Shown here piece after piece: positions 16,823 through 25,225 of a stretch of 32,000 nt of DNA. A program made the position numbers and the translations under genes. The stretch comes from Methylophaga frappieri (lineage in GTDB: Bacteria > Pseudomonadota > Gammaproteobacteria > Nitrosococcales > Methylophagaceae), in contig NC_017856.1 in assembly GCF_000260965.1 (NCBI RefSeq), positions 2,520,001 through 2,552,000 on the forward strand, in the 5' to 3' direction. Below the pieces are notes generated by a model that did not search any database, was not told the origin of the DNA, and saw only the letters and a list, made by a program, of their open reading frames with translations. The stretch's first letter is position 1. Each line of letters begins with the position of its first letter.

Positions 16823-17524
16823 ATGTCACAGCATAGACCAACAATAAACGCCAATGACTGCATCATTAAAATTGATCAGTTAAATCACCAAGTGTTTCCG
16901 GGTGGTAAAGCGTTGCCAATTTTGCATGACGTTAATTTGCAGATCCAGCGTGGTGAATCGGTTGCCATTGTGGGGCGATCCGGATCCGGTAAAACAACGC
17001 TGTTAGGTTTAATGGCAGGTTTGGATGTACCAACTTCAGGTGAAATTAATCTGGATGGCCAGCCCATCAGCCAGCTGAGTGAAGATGCCCGTGCGCAATT
17101 ACGGGCCAGTAAAGTGGGCTTTGTGTTTCAATCGTTTCAATTATTACCGGCCCTGACAGCATTAGAAAATGTGCTGCTGCCTTTGGAGTTGGCCGGTCAC
17201 GCTTCACCTCGCGGCAAAGCAACACAATTACTTAGTCAGGTTGGCCTGGCAGACAGACTGGGTCATACCCCAAGACAACTGTCGGGTGGTGAACAGCAAC
17301 GGGTTGCCATTGCCAGAGCGTTTGCTGTGGATCCGGTGATTTTGTTTGCAGATGAGCCAACCGGTAATCTCGACTCAGAAACTGGTGCGACCATAACCGA
17401 TATTCTTATGCAGATGAACCAGCAGCAAAATACCACTCTGGTGATGGTGACACATGACAGTCAGTTGGCTCGCCGGTGTGATCGACAGTTTCAGATTGAT
17501 GCCGGACGGATAACGCAATCATGA
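16823..17524 (+). CDS. ybbA: ABC transporter ATP-binding protein (YbbA/LolD-like)
   Basis: Motifs are Walker [10 protein letters not shown], signature [14 protein letters not shown] and Walker [14 protein letters not shown] prefer the ATG at 16823, which has an AGGGA Shine-Dalgarno. The track TTG start at 16781 would overlap the tesA start. Confidence 0.85.
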   Translation: MSQHRPTINANDCIIKIDQLNHQVFPGGKALPILHDVNLQIQRGESVAIVGRSGSGKTTLLGLMAGLDVPTSGEINLDGQPISQLSEDARAQLRASKVGFVFQSFQLLPALTALENVLLPLELAGHASPRGKATQLLSQVGLADRLGHTPRQLSGGEQQRVAIARAFAVDPVILFADEPTGNLDSETGATITDILMQMNQQQNTTLVMVTHDSQLARRCDRQFQIDAGRITQS

Positions 17525-20007
17525 GCCGACGTCTTCTGAGCAAGGGGCTTGTGCAGGATTTACGACTGAGACAAGTTAAAGTCATGCTGTCGTCTATTTT
17601 GATTGCCGTGGCGACAATAGCGACAATAAACCTGTTTGCCGCTCATCTTCAAAATACATTGATGCAATCTGCAAGCAGTTTTTTGGCAGCGGATCGGCAA
17701 TTGATTTCTCGAAGCAGTGAACCGGTGCCGGCGCAGTGGCAACAATCCGCCGAGAGAATAGGGCTGAAATACAGCCAAATGATGCAGTTTTCGACCATGT
17801 TATCGCATCAGGACAAGTTCCAGTTGACCACCATTAAAGCCGTTGATGCGCGCTATCCGTTGCGTGGTGAACTTGAGTGGCAACCGACTATAACGGCACC
17901 AAGACAAACGATTGAAAAGGGCCCAGCCGAAGGTGAAATCTGGCTGAATCCCCGGTTGTTAAAGCTATTGGCATTGGATATCGGTGATAGTGTGCAGGTG
18001 GGGCAGTTGCTGGTTACGATTACGGGCATCTTGCTCCGGGAACCGGATAGTGGCTTTCGACTATCCTCATTTGCGCCACGTGCCTTGATGCACATCAGCG
18101 ATGTCGAGAAAACGGCAGTTATTCAACCAGGGAGTCGGGTTCGTCACCGATTATTACTGTCGGGCGACATAGACAGTTTGACGCGTTTTGAAAAGCTCCT
18201 ACCCACCGATATGACCGCAGCCCAATTACGTTGGCGAGATGCCCGTGATGGAGAAAGTTTAGGCGAAGCGTTGGAAAAGGCGGAAAACTTTTTATTATTA
18301 GGAGGCAGCCTTGCGGTGTTACTGGCTGTCGTAGCCATTGCCGTTTCCAGCCGTCAATATGCGTTGCAGCAGCGAGATACCGTTGCGTTACTGAAATCAT
18401 TAGGACTGACCAGCAGCGCAATACGTTATGTCTATGCGGGAAGGTTAGCAATATGGGGCAGCGTGACCACCTTGCTAGGCATCCTGTTTGCTTTACCTGC
18501 GTCGGCAGCACTGGCGGCTTTAACTGCTGCAGTGATGGCACAACCCTTTCAGTGGCATTTATCGTTAACGAGTTTGTGGCCGGCACTGATAACCGCGATG
18601 GTGGTCTTGTTTGTGTTTGCTTTGCCGCCCATTGACAGGCTTCGCCAAACGCCGGCAATGCAGGTTTTACGCAGTTTGCCGGAAGCGAATTCCAGACAAT
18701 ACTGGCGAGATGCACTGGTCGCTGTTTTGGTCATCACCGGCTTATTGTGGCTGTTCGCGGGTGATGTTGCCCTGATTGCCGCACTCATTGCCGGATTAAC
18801 TGTTTTGCTGGCTGTTGTCGCCGGGGTTGGCTGGTTGATTATGCGACTATTACAACCCCTTCGCGGTGGTGCCAGTGTCATGCGAACCGCATTAATGGCG
18901 ATGCAACGTCATCGTCAGGCCACGCTGACGCAATTGACGGTTTTTGCCATCACCATGATGCTGGCATCGACCCTGGTCTTGGTCAGAACGTCATTGTTAG
19001 CAGACTGGCAGGCGCAGTTACCTGAAAATGCGCCTAATCATTTTCTGATCAATATTGCGCCTGATGCTGTTGAGGAAATAGATACCTTGCTTTCTTCGGC
19101 TGATTTGACCCGGAGCCCAATGTATCCAGTAGTCAGAGCAAGGTTGACGGAAATTAATGGCCAACCGGCCGCGGAGGTGGCGACCAATCCGCGTGATGAT
19201 GAGTTACGACGTGAGCTTAACCTGACTGCCGCAGCAGATTACCCGCCAGATAACCGAATTGTGGCTGGTCAATGGTTTGCTGACAACGACACACAAGGCT
19301 TGTCTATTGAGGCCTCATTGGCAGAATCACTTGGTGTGACGGTTGGGGATACTCTTGGGTTTAGCTCGGGCAGTGAGACTTTTACAGCAACCGTGACCAG
19401 TATTCGAACAGTGCAATGGGATTCGATGCGACCGAACTTTTTTATCATGTTTCCGCCTGCGGGTGCGCTGGCGGAATTACCGGCGACCTATTTGACCAGT
19501 TTTTATCTGCCCGTTGAAAATAAATCCTGGCTAAATGATTTTGTCAGCGAATTTCCCACCGTTTCGGTATTGGAAATAGACCATATTATTGAGCAGATAC
19601 AACAAATTATTTTACAGGTCAGCCAGGCGATTGAGGCATTACTCTGGATGATATTGCTGGCGGCCATCGCCGTAATGGTGGCCGTAACCAGTGCGACGCT
19701 TGCGGAACGACAACGCGAAGGGGCGTTATTACGGACATTAGGTGCGCAGCAACGATTTTTGCGGCTGGCAACAGTTTTAGAATTCGGCATTCTGGGCTTC
19801 TTGTCCGGTGTTATCGGCGTGTTGGCTGCCGAGGCGGTAGTCTGGTTATTGCAATATCGGCTTTTTGAGAGCAGCTTTAGTTGGCATGCTGAATTTTTAG
19901 TGATCATGCCCATAGTGAGTGGCTTGTTACTGGCGATACTGGGCTATCTCCAACTGCGACCCGTGTTAATGGTGTCACCGATGGTGTTGCTACGTCGTTT
20001 GGAATAG
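17521..20007 (+). CDS. ybbP: ABC transporter permease with two FtsX-type domains (YbbP-like)
   Basis: 828 aa with an ATGA overlap with ybbA. Its architecture is two blocks of hydrophobic helices separated by large soluble loops. The size and gene order match tesA/ybbA/ybbP. Confidence 0.85.
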   Translation: MSRRLLSKGLVQDLRLRQVKVMLSSILIAVATIATINLFAAHLQNTLMQSASSFLAADRQLISRSSEPVPAQWQQSAERIGLKYSQMMQFSTMLSHQDKFQLTTIKAVDARYPLRGELEWQPTITAPRQTIEKGPAEGEIWLNPRLLKLLALDIGDSVQVGQLLVTITGILLREPDSGFRLSSFAPRALMHISDVEKTAVIQPGSRVRHRLLLSGDIDSLTRFEKLLPTDMTAAQLRWRDARDGESLGEALEKAENFLLLGGSLAVLLAVVAIAVSSRQYALQQRDTVALLKSLGLTSSAIRYVYAGRLAIWGSVTTLLGILFALPASAALAALTAAVMAQPFQWHLSLTSLWPALITAMVVLFVFALPPIDRLRQTPAMQVLRSLPEANSRQYWRDALVAVLVITGLLWLFAGDVALIAALIAGLTVLLAVVAGVGWLIMRLLQPLRGGASVMRTALMAMQRHRQATLTQLTVFAITMMLASTLVLVRTSLLADWQAQLPENAPNHFLINIAPDAVEEIDTLLSSADLTRSPMYPVVRARLTEINGQPAAEVATNPRDDELRRELNLTAAADYPPDNRIVAGQWFADNDTQGLSIEASLAESLGVTVGDTLGFSSGSETFTATVTSIRTVQWDSMRPNFFIMFPPAGALAELPATYLTSFYLPVENKSWLNDFVSEFPTVSVLEIDHIIEQIQQIILQVSQAIEALLWMILLAAIAVMVAVTSATLAERQREGALLRTLGAQQRFLRLATVLEFGILGFLSGVIGVLAAEAVVWLLQYRLFESSFSWHAEFLVIMPIVSGLLLAILGYLQLRPVLMVSPMVLLRRLE

Positions 20008-20065
20008 TAGTTGGCAATCAGCTAATCTGATGGGGCAAACACCTGAATAGTTAATAGAGGCGAAC

Positions 20066-20296
20066 ATGGAAACGCAATTTCATACGATGGAAAATCTTTT
20101 TTTGCAGTTGGGTTTGAAAAACGATGCCTATGCTATTCGACGCTTTATTGAAATTCACCGGCTGCAAGACGACGAAAATATTGAAGATGCCTTGTTCTGG
20201 TCGCCTAACCAGGCTGCATTTTTACGTGAATGTTTGACGGCAGATTCTGATTGGGCGGAAGTGGTCGATCAGTTGAGTGCACAGTTGCGGGTATGA
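20066..20296 (+). CDS. DUF2789-family small protein
   Basis: 76 aa. The string ...NLFLQLGL...FIEIHRL......ALFWSPNQAAFLRECLTADSDWAEVVDQLSAQLR matches my memory of the DUF2789 signature (FWSPSQAAFLRE..DADWAEVVDQL). Confidence 0.7.
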   Translation: METQFHTMENLFLQLGLKNDAYAIRRFIEIHRLQDDENIEDALFWSPNQAAFLRECLTADSDWAEVVDQLSAQLRV

Positions 20297-20340
20297 TGTC
20301 GCCAAATTACTGATTTTGTGCAACCGGAAATAACAAGGTA

Positions 20341-21048
20341 ATGGCAAAAAAACGTCAAACGCGGTCATCTTGGTTTTTCAAGATGCTACTGATTCTGGTC
20401 AGTATGTTGGTGTTAATCAGCTTGCTAATAGTGGTGCCATTCAAATGGATCAATCCGCCATACAGTATGGTGATGCTGGATCGCTGGTGGTCTGCAGATC
20501 AGAAAATGAGCCTGCAGCAGGCATGGTTGCCATGGCAGCAGATTCCATCGCATGCGGCACTTGCCGTTGTTGCCTCTGAAGATCAACGGTTTCCGAGCCA
20601 CCATGGATTTGATGTAGAGGCAATCCAGCAGGCGCTGAGTGAGTGGCAACGTGAAGGAGCATTGCGTGGTGCCAGTACTATCAGCCAACAAGTGGCGAGG
20701 AATATGTATCTCTGGACCGGCCGTAGCTGGTTACGCAAAGGTCTGGAAGCCTGGTTTACGGTATTGATCGAGCTGATTTGGGGTAAACAACGGATTTTAG
20801 AGGTCTATTTAAATATTGCGGAGTGGGGGCCGGGTGTGTTTGGGCTCCAGGCGGCGGCGTTTCATCATTTTGACCGTCCTGCATCACAATTAACGCCGAT
20901 GCAGGCCGCACTGCTTGCCTCCACATTGCCCAGCCCCCTTCGCTACGATCCGGTGAAGCCGGCCGCACATATTCAACAGCGTGCCCGCTGGAATCTTGAA
21001 CAACAAAGAAAACTCGGTGGTTCGGCCTGGCTGGCGGACTTGTCTTAG
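20341..21048 (+). CDS. mtgA: Monofunctional biosynthetic peptidoglycan transglycosylase
   Basis: 235 aa with an N-terminal TM anchor. GT51 motifs are present: ASEDQRFPSHHGFD, GASTISQQVARN and KQRILEVYLNIAEWG. Confidence 0.9.
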   Translation: MAKKRQTRSSWFFKMLLILVSMLVLISLLIVVPFKWINPPYSMVMLDRWWSADQKMSLQQAWLPWQQIPSHAALAVVASEDQRFPSHHGFDVEAIQQALSEWQREGALRGASTISQQVARNMYLWTGRSWLRKGLEAWFTVLIELIWGKQRILEVYLNIAEWGPGVFGLQAAAFHHFDRPASQLTPMQAALLASTLPSPLRYDPVKPAAHIQQRARWNLEQQRKLGGSAWLADLS

Positions 21049-21160
21049 GTGGAGCAGGCGGCACTTAACCAGAGTGTGATGCATATCCTGTGTCGTTTTG
21101 GAGGCAGTGGCTAAAATCGAGCCATGCTTATTCATTCAATCAGCAGAGCAGAGAAAAGTG

Positions 21161-21607
21161 ATGAAAAAAATACTGATTAGTTTTGTGGTTGCCAGTCTGA
21201 CGATGACCATCGCTGCGTGTCAAAGCAAATCAACGCTGGGTGGTGCAGTCGGTGGTATTGCCGGTGGGGTTGCGGGGTCTAACATTGGTGGTGGTAGTGG
21301 CCGCACGGCAGCGATTATTGCCGGTTCACTGTTGGGCGCCGCCTTGGGCAGTCATATCGGTGGCGAGATGGATGAACTGGATCGACGTCGGGCCAATGAT
21401 ACGCTGGAAACCTATCCAACCGGACGAACCAGTAGCTGGAATAATCCAGACACCGGGGCGCGCTATAACGTCACACCCACGCGCACTTATCAAGCCAACC
21501 AGCAACCCTGTCGCGAATATGAAATGGATGTTTATATGGATGGACAGCGCGACGTGGTTACAGGCACGGCTTGTCGTAATAACCAGGGTGAGTGGATAAA
21601 TCAATAA
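21161..21607 (+). CDS. Glycine-zipper outer-membrane lipoprotein (17-kDa surface-antigen-like)
   Basis: I prefer the ATG at 21161. The product begins MKKILISFVVASLTMTIAAC, with lipobox IAAC. A glycine zipper follows (GGAVGGIAGGVAGSNIGGGSG...GSLLGAALGSHIGG). The C-terminal module has two Cys residues (CREYEMDV...GTACRNNQGEW). Confidence 0.7.
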   Translation: MKKILISFVVASLTMTIAACQSKSTLGGAVGGIAGGVAGSNIGGGSGRTAAIIAGSLLGAALGSHIGGEMDELDRRRANDTLETYPTGRTSSWNNPDTGARYNVTPTRTYQANQQPCREYEMDVYMDGQRDVVTGTACRNNQGEWINQ

Positions 21608-21627
21608 GCCTTATTATCAAAGAATAA

Positions 21628-21656
21628 AAACGCCGGCGCGATGCCGGCTTTTTTAT
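21628..21656 (+). terminator. Rho-independent terminator after the lipoprotein gene
   Basis: The sequence is AAAAACGCCGGC-GCGAT-GCCGGCTTTTTTATT: a GC stem followed by a T6 run. Confidence 0.75.
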
Positions 21657-21709
21657 TGCTGCCACTTCGTCACCACAAACAAAAGTTGAGATGGCTTAAT
21701 TCTGCGATC

Positions 21710-21758
21710 TTGCACTGGCTCACAAAATACGCATAATATGCGAATAATTCTCAATTAG
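21710..21758 (+). promoter_or_regulatory. Candidate sigma-70 promoter (TTGCAC-16 nt-CATAAT) with an overlapping Fur-like box
   Basis: The -35 is at 21710-21715 and the -10 at 21732-21737. On the minus strand, 21740-21758 reads CTAATTGAGAATTATTCGC, about 11/19 matches to GATAATGATAATCATTATC, with the common GAGAAT-N-ATT core. It lies 65-85 nt upstream of the FecI-like remnant. Confidence 0.35.
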
Positions 21759-21824
21759 TTTTAAGTGCAACGTCTATTGCTTCGCACCGCTCTCGGCGGA
21801 AGCGGGTTGCATCAGGAAAATATT

Positions 21825-21941
21825 GTGCCAGCCGAACATATCGCACAGCATGAAATGCATACGCTTTACAACACCCATCACCATTGGTTACGGGATTGGC
21901 TGCGCGCTAAACTTGGCAACCACTTTTTGATGCACGTGTGA
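21825..21941 (+). pseudogene. Truncated remnant (38 codons) of a FecI/PvdS-type ECF sigma factor
   Basis: It reads (V)PAEHIAQHEMHTLYNTHHHWLRDWLRAKLGNHFLMHV-stop. E. coli FecI has LYGTHHGWLKSWLTRKL. AGGA lies 7 nt upstream of the GTG start. The frame ends before sigma region 2. Confidence 0.6.
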
Positions 21942-22302
21942 CAAATTCTTTAGATGGTATTCTCGATGGCCAAAGAGCAGAATTAGCGCCGGAACTGCGC
22001 GCTGTAATCGGAGCTGAATGGGATTCACCATACGTAGATGGACTGACCTTTAACGGACGTTTTACGTATACAAGCGACATAATGGTATCTACTGGTCAAG
22101 ATCTTTCAATTCCTTCATGGTCGATTTTAGACCTCGGGCGAGATATACCACTCCATCTCCATGGGGCAGTAAACCGGTCACCCTTCGCTTAAACGTTGAT
22201 AACGTCTTCAACAAAAATTATTGGAAAGGGGGGCAATCGAATAACTTTCTATACCAAGGGATGTCCCGTACATTAAGGATCTCAGCAACCTTTAACTTTT
22301 AA
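21938..22302 (+). pseudogene. C-terminal remnant (~120 codons, one frameshift) of a TonB-dependent siderophore receptor
   Basis: Frame A reads ...AELAPELRAVIGAEWDSPYVDGLTFNGRFTYTSD...LSIPSWSILDLG. After a shift near 22133-22143, frame B reads (A)RYTTPSPWGSKPVTLRLNVDNVFNKNYWKGG...GMSRTLRISATFNF-stop. These are typical last beta-strands with the terminal Phe. No plug domain, TonB box or signal peptide is present. Confidence 0.7.
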
Positions 22303-22559
22303 AATGAAATCAACCGGTGCAGACACTGGCCAATCCGCACCGGAATAGCGAATAAAAACAGCCCGGGAGTGTTGGGCTTCATCCCTCAGCCCAACCGACG
22401 AGCTGCAGGTTTAGTTGCGTTATGAACTTTTGGATATGGCTTGCCTTACAGTGGCGAAAATAGCTGTGTAAAGAATAAGTTATCGACATTGAGCCTGATG
22501 AAAAATACAATAAGCGTGGAAAGAGGTTAGATCGTCTGGATAAGCCTCGCATTACGAAT

Positions 22560-22901
22560 GTGACATTGAGGAATCGAATTTTGTTGAAAGCCGTGCTTTC
22601 TCGTCATCAAGAACAAGCCATATTGGGCAGTCGTATTTTGGTTGCTGTTTTCGGTGGCTATATTTTTTGCTGGGGTTTTATCGCTTTGACAGTCGCGGCT
22701 TGTTATGCGGCAGGCATGGCGTTCCACGATGGTGAGCAACTAGGTTCGATACTGAGTTTTCTAATTTATCCGGCCGTTTTTTTGTGGGCGTTTGCAACCC
22801 GCAGAGTTGGGCTGGTAGCGGCAGTGTTAGTAGGCGGTGGTGCGTTGATGACGGTGACCGCCTCGCTGATACAGATGCTGATGACGGGAGGCATGACCTG
22901 A
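22560..22901 (+). CDS. DUF3649-like small membrane protein (iron-uptake cluster associated)
   Basis: 113 aa, with a GTG start that is uncertain. SRILVAVFGGYIFCW... resembles the SRvLAAvvGGY signature. It has 3 hydrophobic segments, and its stop overlaps the next gene's start (TGATG). Confidence 0.65.
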   Translation: MTLRNRILLKAVLSRHQEQAILGSRILVAVFGGYIFCWGFIALTVAACYAAGMAFHDGEQLGSILSFLIYPAVFLWAFATRRVGLVAAVLVGGGALMTVTASLIQMLMTGGMT

Positions 22902-24607
22902 TGTTTAAGAATTTTGGTCAAGCCATGACCTGGGTACATACCTGGTTTGGGCTGGTAATTGGTTTTGTGCTGGTGGTCGTGTTTTTCTTTGGCTCACTGT
23001 CTGTTTTTGACCGCGAGATAGACCGTTGGGCGATCCCCGAATCGCGCTTTGCGCCGCAGCCGATGCCGTCTTTCGACGATATGCTGGAGCCTGCTTATCT
23101 CAAATTGCTGCCACATCCGGACAGTCTGGCTGAAACCAAAAGACGTGTCATCGGCGATATTCCAGATCCGGCTTCTTTACCGCTGACCAGCATGGGGGCT
23201 TACACTACCCATCGGGATCCGGTTTTGCAGATTTTTACGACCTATGACATCCCGAATAAGCCGGTTGATGCCAATGACGAACATGTTCATGTTCACGGTT
23301 GGGCAACACTCGATCCGCGTAATGGCAAACTGTTTGCCGATGATCAACAGAAAATTGGCAGTCGCTTTTTCTATCCGCTGCATTTCAACCTGACTTTTAC
23401 CTGGATGAATCTAGGCTATTGGATTGTCGGTTTCGCCGCGCTGATTATGTTGGTGGGGCTGATTACTGGCGTGGTGATTCATCATAAAGTGTTTCGTGAA
23501 TTTTTCACTTTTCGACCAGCACGCAAGATTCAGCGAAGTACGCTGGATTTGCACAATATGACCGGTGTGTTGGGGTTGCCGTTTCATTTTTTCTTTGCGT
23601 TTACCGGGCTGGTGATTTTTGCCGGCATCTATTTTCCAGTGACGCATAGTCAGCTGGAACCATTACATGAATTGCATGAGTTGCAGGAAGAGCAAGAAAC
23701 CGGCTTACCACATGATCCCGCTGAGGTTTACACGCCAATGGCATCTGTCGATGCGATGGTAGAAGAAGCGCAGCGTCGCTGGGCAGAGAAAGGCATGGCG
23801 GGTGAAGTAGGCTTTTTATCGGTGAACCATTACAACGATGAAAATGGCTACGTGAGTATTTATCGGGCTGGGACAGATCGCGTTGCCAATGTGAGTGATG
23901 GTATTCACTTTAAAGCCAGCACAGGTGAGGTATTGCATGAAAATCCACCCAGTACGGTAGTGGGCAGCATTGACAGTTTTTTAACTGGACTGCATTTACA
24001 GCATTTTCGCCATTGGTTGTTGCGTTGGTTATACGTTCTTGGTGGGTTGATGGGCTGTGTCTGTATCGCCACCGGGTTTATCTTTTTTGTGGAAAAACGC
24101 AAACAACGCCATGCGAAATCGGGTAGCCAGGGATCGCGTGTTGTGGATGCGTTGGCTGTTACCACGGTCACCGGTATGTTGATTGCGACGATGGCGATTC
24201 TGATTGCCAATCGTTTACTACCCGAAACCTTGCCTGCTGACTGGCTGGGACGAGACAGATTAGAACGCTATGCCTTTTGGGGGGCATGGGTACTGGCCAT
24301 GTTACATGCTTTTGTCCGCAGTGCGCCGGTTGCCGAGGGAAAGCTCAATCCTGCATGGCGTGAACAAAGCTGGGCAATCGCGGTGATGGCGGTGATGGCG
24401 GTTCTGTTGAACTGGATCACCACAGGCGACCACCTATTAAGCACCATTTCGGCTGGTTATTGGCCGGTTGCAGGTGTTGATCTGGCTTTATTAACCAGTG
24501 CTGCTGTGGCTATTTTTGCCGCGAAAAAATTACAGGCAAGCATGTCGGCTGCAACCTCATCAGTGGCTTCAAACAATATGAGACGGGAGATACGGCATGT
24601 CTCTTGA
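22901..24607 (+). CDS. PepSY-associated TM-helix protein (PiuB/FoxB-like iron-regulated inner-membrane protein)
   Basis: The start is the ATG at 22901 (residue 40 of the track ORF). The N-terminus MFKNFGQAMTWVHTWFGLVIGFVLVVVFFFGSLSVFDREIDRW is the classic PepSY_TM N-terminus. Conserved His residues sit in TM helices (HHKVF, HFFFAF, HLQHFRHW). Confidence 0.85.
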   Translation: MFKNFGQAMTWVHTWFGLVIGFVLVVVFFFGSLSVFDREIDRWAIPESRFAPQPMPSFDDMLEPAYLKLLPHPDSLAETKRRVIGDIPDPASLPLTSMGAYTTHRDPVLQIFTTYDIPNKPVDANDEHVHVHGWATLDPRNGKLFADDQQKIGSRFFYPLHFNLTFTWMNLGYWIVGFAALIMLVGLITGVVIHHKVFREFFTFRPARKIQRSTLDLHNMTGVLGLPFHFFFAFTGLVIFAGIYFPVTHSQLEPLHELHELQEEQETGLPHDPAEVYTPMASVDAMVEEAQRRWAEKGMAGEVGFLSVNHYNDENGYVSIYRAGTDRVANVSDGIHFKASTGEVLHENPPSTVVGSIDSFLTGLHLQHFRHWLLRWLYVLGGLMGCVCIATGFIFFVEKRKQRHAKSGSQGSRVVDALAVTTVTGMLIATMAILIANRLLPETLPADWLGRDRLERYAFWGAWVLAMLHAFVRSAPVAEGKLNPAWREQSWAIAVMAVMAVLLNWITTGDHLLSTISAGYWPVAGVDLALLTSAAVAIFAAKKLQASMSAATSSVASNNMRREIRHVS

Positions 24608-24926
24608 TGCGTTATTACTTGCCGGTGCTGTGATCTGCAGTATTTCTGGGTTTGCCTGGTTGGCATTGGCCATGAATGAACACTGGAAACAGGTTCAAGG
24701 CGATCAGCCTTGGTCGAAAACCGGGCAAGTTTTACTGCGTGTGGCCGGTAGTTCAGCGCTGTTTGTGTCCCTGGTGTTATGTAACCTGGTAGATCATGCC
24801 ACCATGGCCGTGTTGGTTTGGGTGATGGCGATGACGGCGGGTGCCTTAATGGTGGCTTTCACCCTGACATGGCGACCTGCGTGGCTGTGCTTATTTTCTT
24901 GGCTTGGCAGGCTTGGCCGAGCCTGA
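24597..24926 (+). CDS. DUF3325-like small membrane protein
   Basis: 109 aa with a GGGAG Shine-Dalgarno and an 11-nt overlap with the PepSY gene. SGFAWLALAMNEHW resembles the GFaALALAMeRH signature. The protein is hydrophobic throughout. Confidence 0.65.
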   Translation: MSLDALLLAGAVICSISGFAWLALAMNEHWKQVQGDQPWSKTGQVLLRVAGSSALFVSLVLCNLVDHATMAVLVWVMAMTAGALMVAFTLTWRPAWLCLFSWLGRLGRA

Positions 24927-25225
24927 TAGGCATTAAATCTGCTGTGTCGGTTTACTTTTCTCAACGCGCAATTGAATTGCCGTTAAGGCTGGCTTTTCGT
25001 GCGCAAGATAATTTCATTTGCCGGAATTAACAGGGCTGAGTACCAGAAGAGACAGTGTGTTTTCGCGAATGTGGGTGTGGGTCACCACTAAGATTCAGTC
25101 TAGGCTTCTCCGTGCTTTTCTTTAGCAACAATTTGCTTTATAACAACTTGAAAACAGGGCATTAATCTAGAAGAAAAGGTTATCACCAAATTTTTGGTCT
25201 GTATGGGCGTCATAGGGAGTAGTGA

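Noticed and set aside
18119-18881. 198-aa and 110-aa antisense ORFs within ybbP
   Set aside because: They are long only because the sense strand is codon-biased. They have no Shine-Dalgarno sequence, no motifs and low-complexity composition. The sense frame is a coherent FtsX-type permease.
20370-21135. Several 69-102-aa alternative-frame and antisense ORFs over mtgA
   Set aside because: They are shadows of a gene with clear GT51 transglycosylase motifs.
21098-21160. 21-codon extension upstream of the lipoprotein signal peptide
   Set aside because: A lipoprotein signal peptide must be N-terminal. MKKILISF...IAAC begins at 21161.
22469-22487. Possible second Fur box (AAAGAATAAGTTATCGAC) upstream of the DUF3649 gene
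   Set aside because: Position-by-position comparison with GATAATGATAATCATTATC gave only about 6-7 matches in any register. That is too weak to call.
22784-22900. 39-codon N-terminal extension of the PepSY_TM ORF, overlapping the DUF3649 gene
   Set aside because: The extension is charged and Asp/Gly/Arg-rich. The ATG at 22901 overlaps the upstream stop (TGATG), and the canonical PepSY_TM N-terminus begins there.
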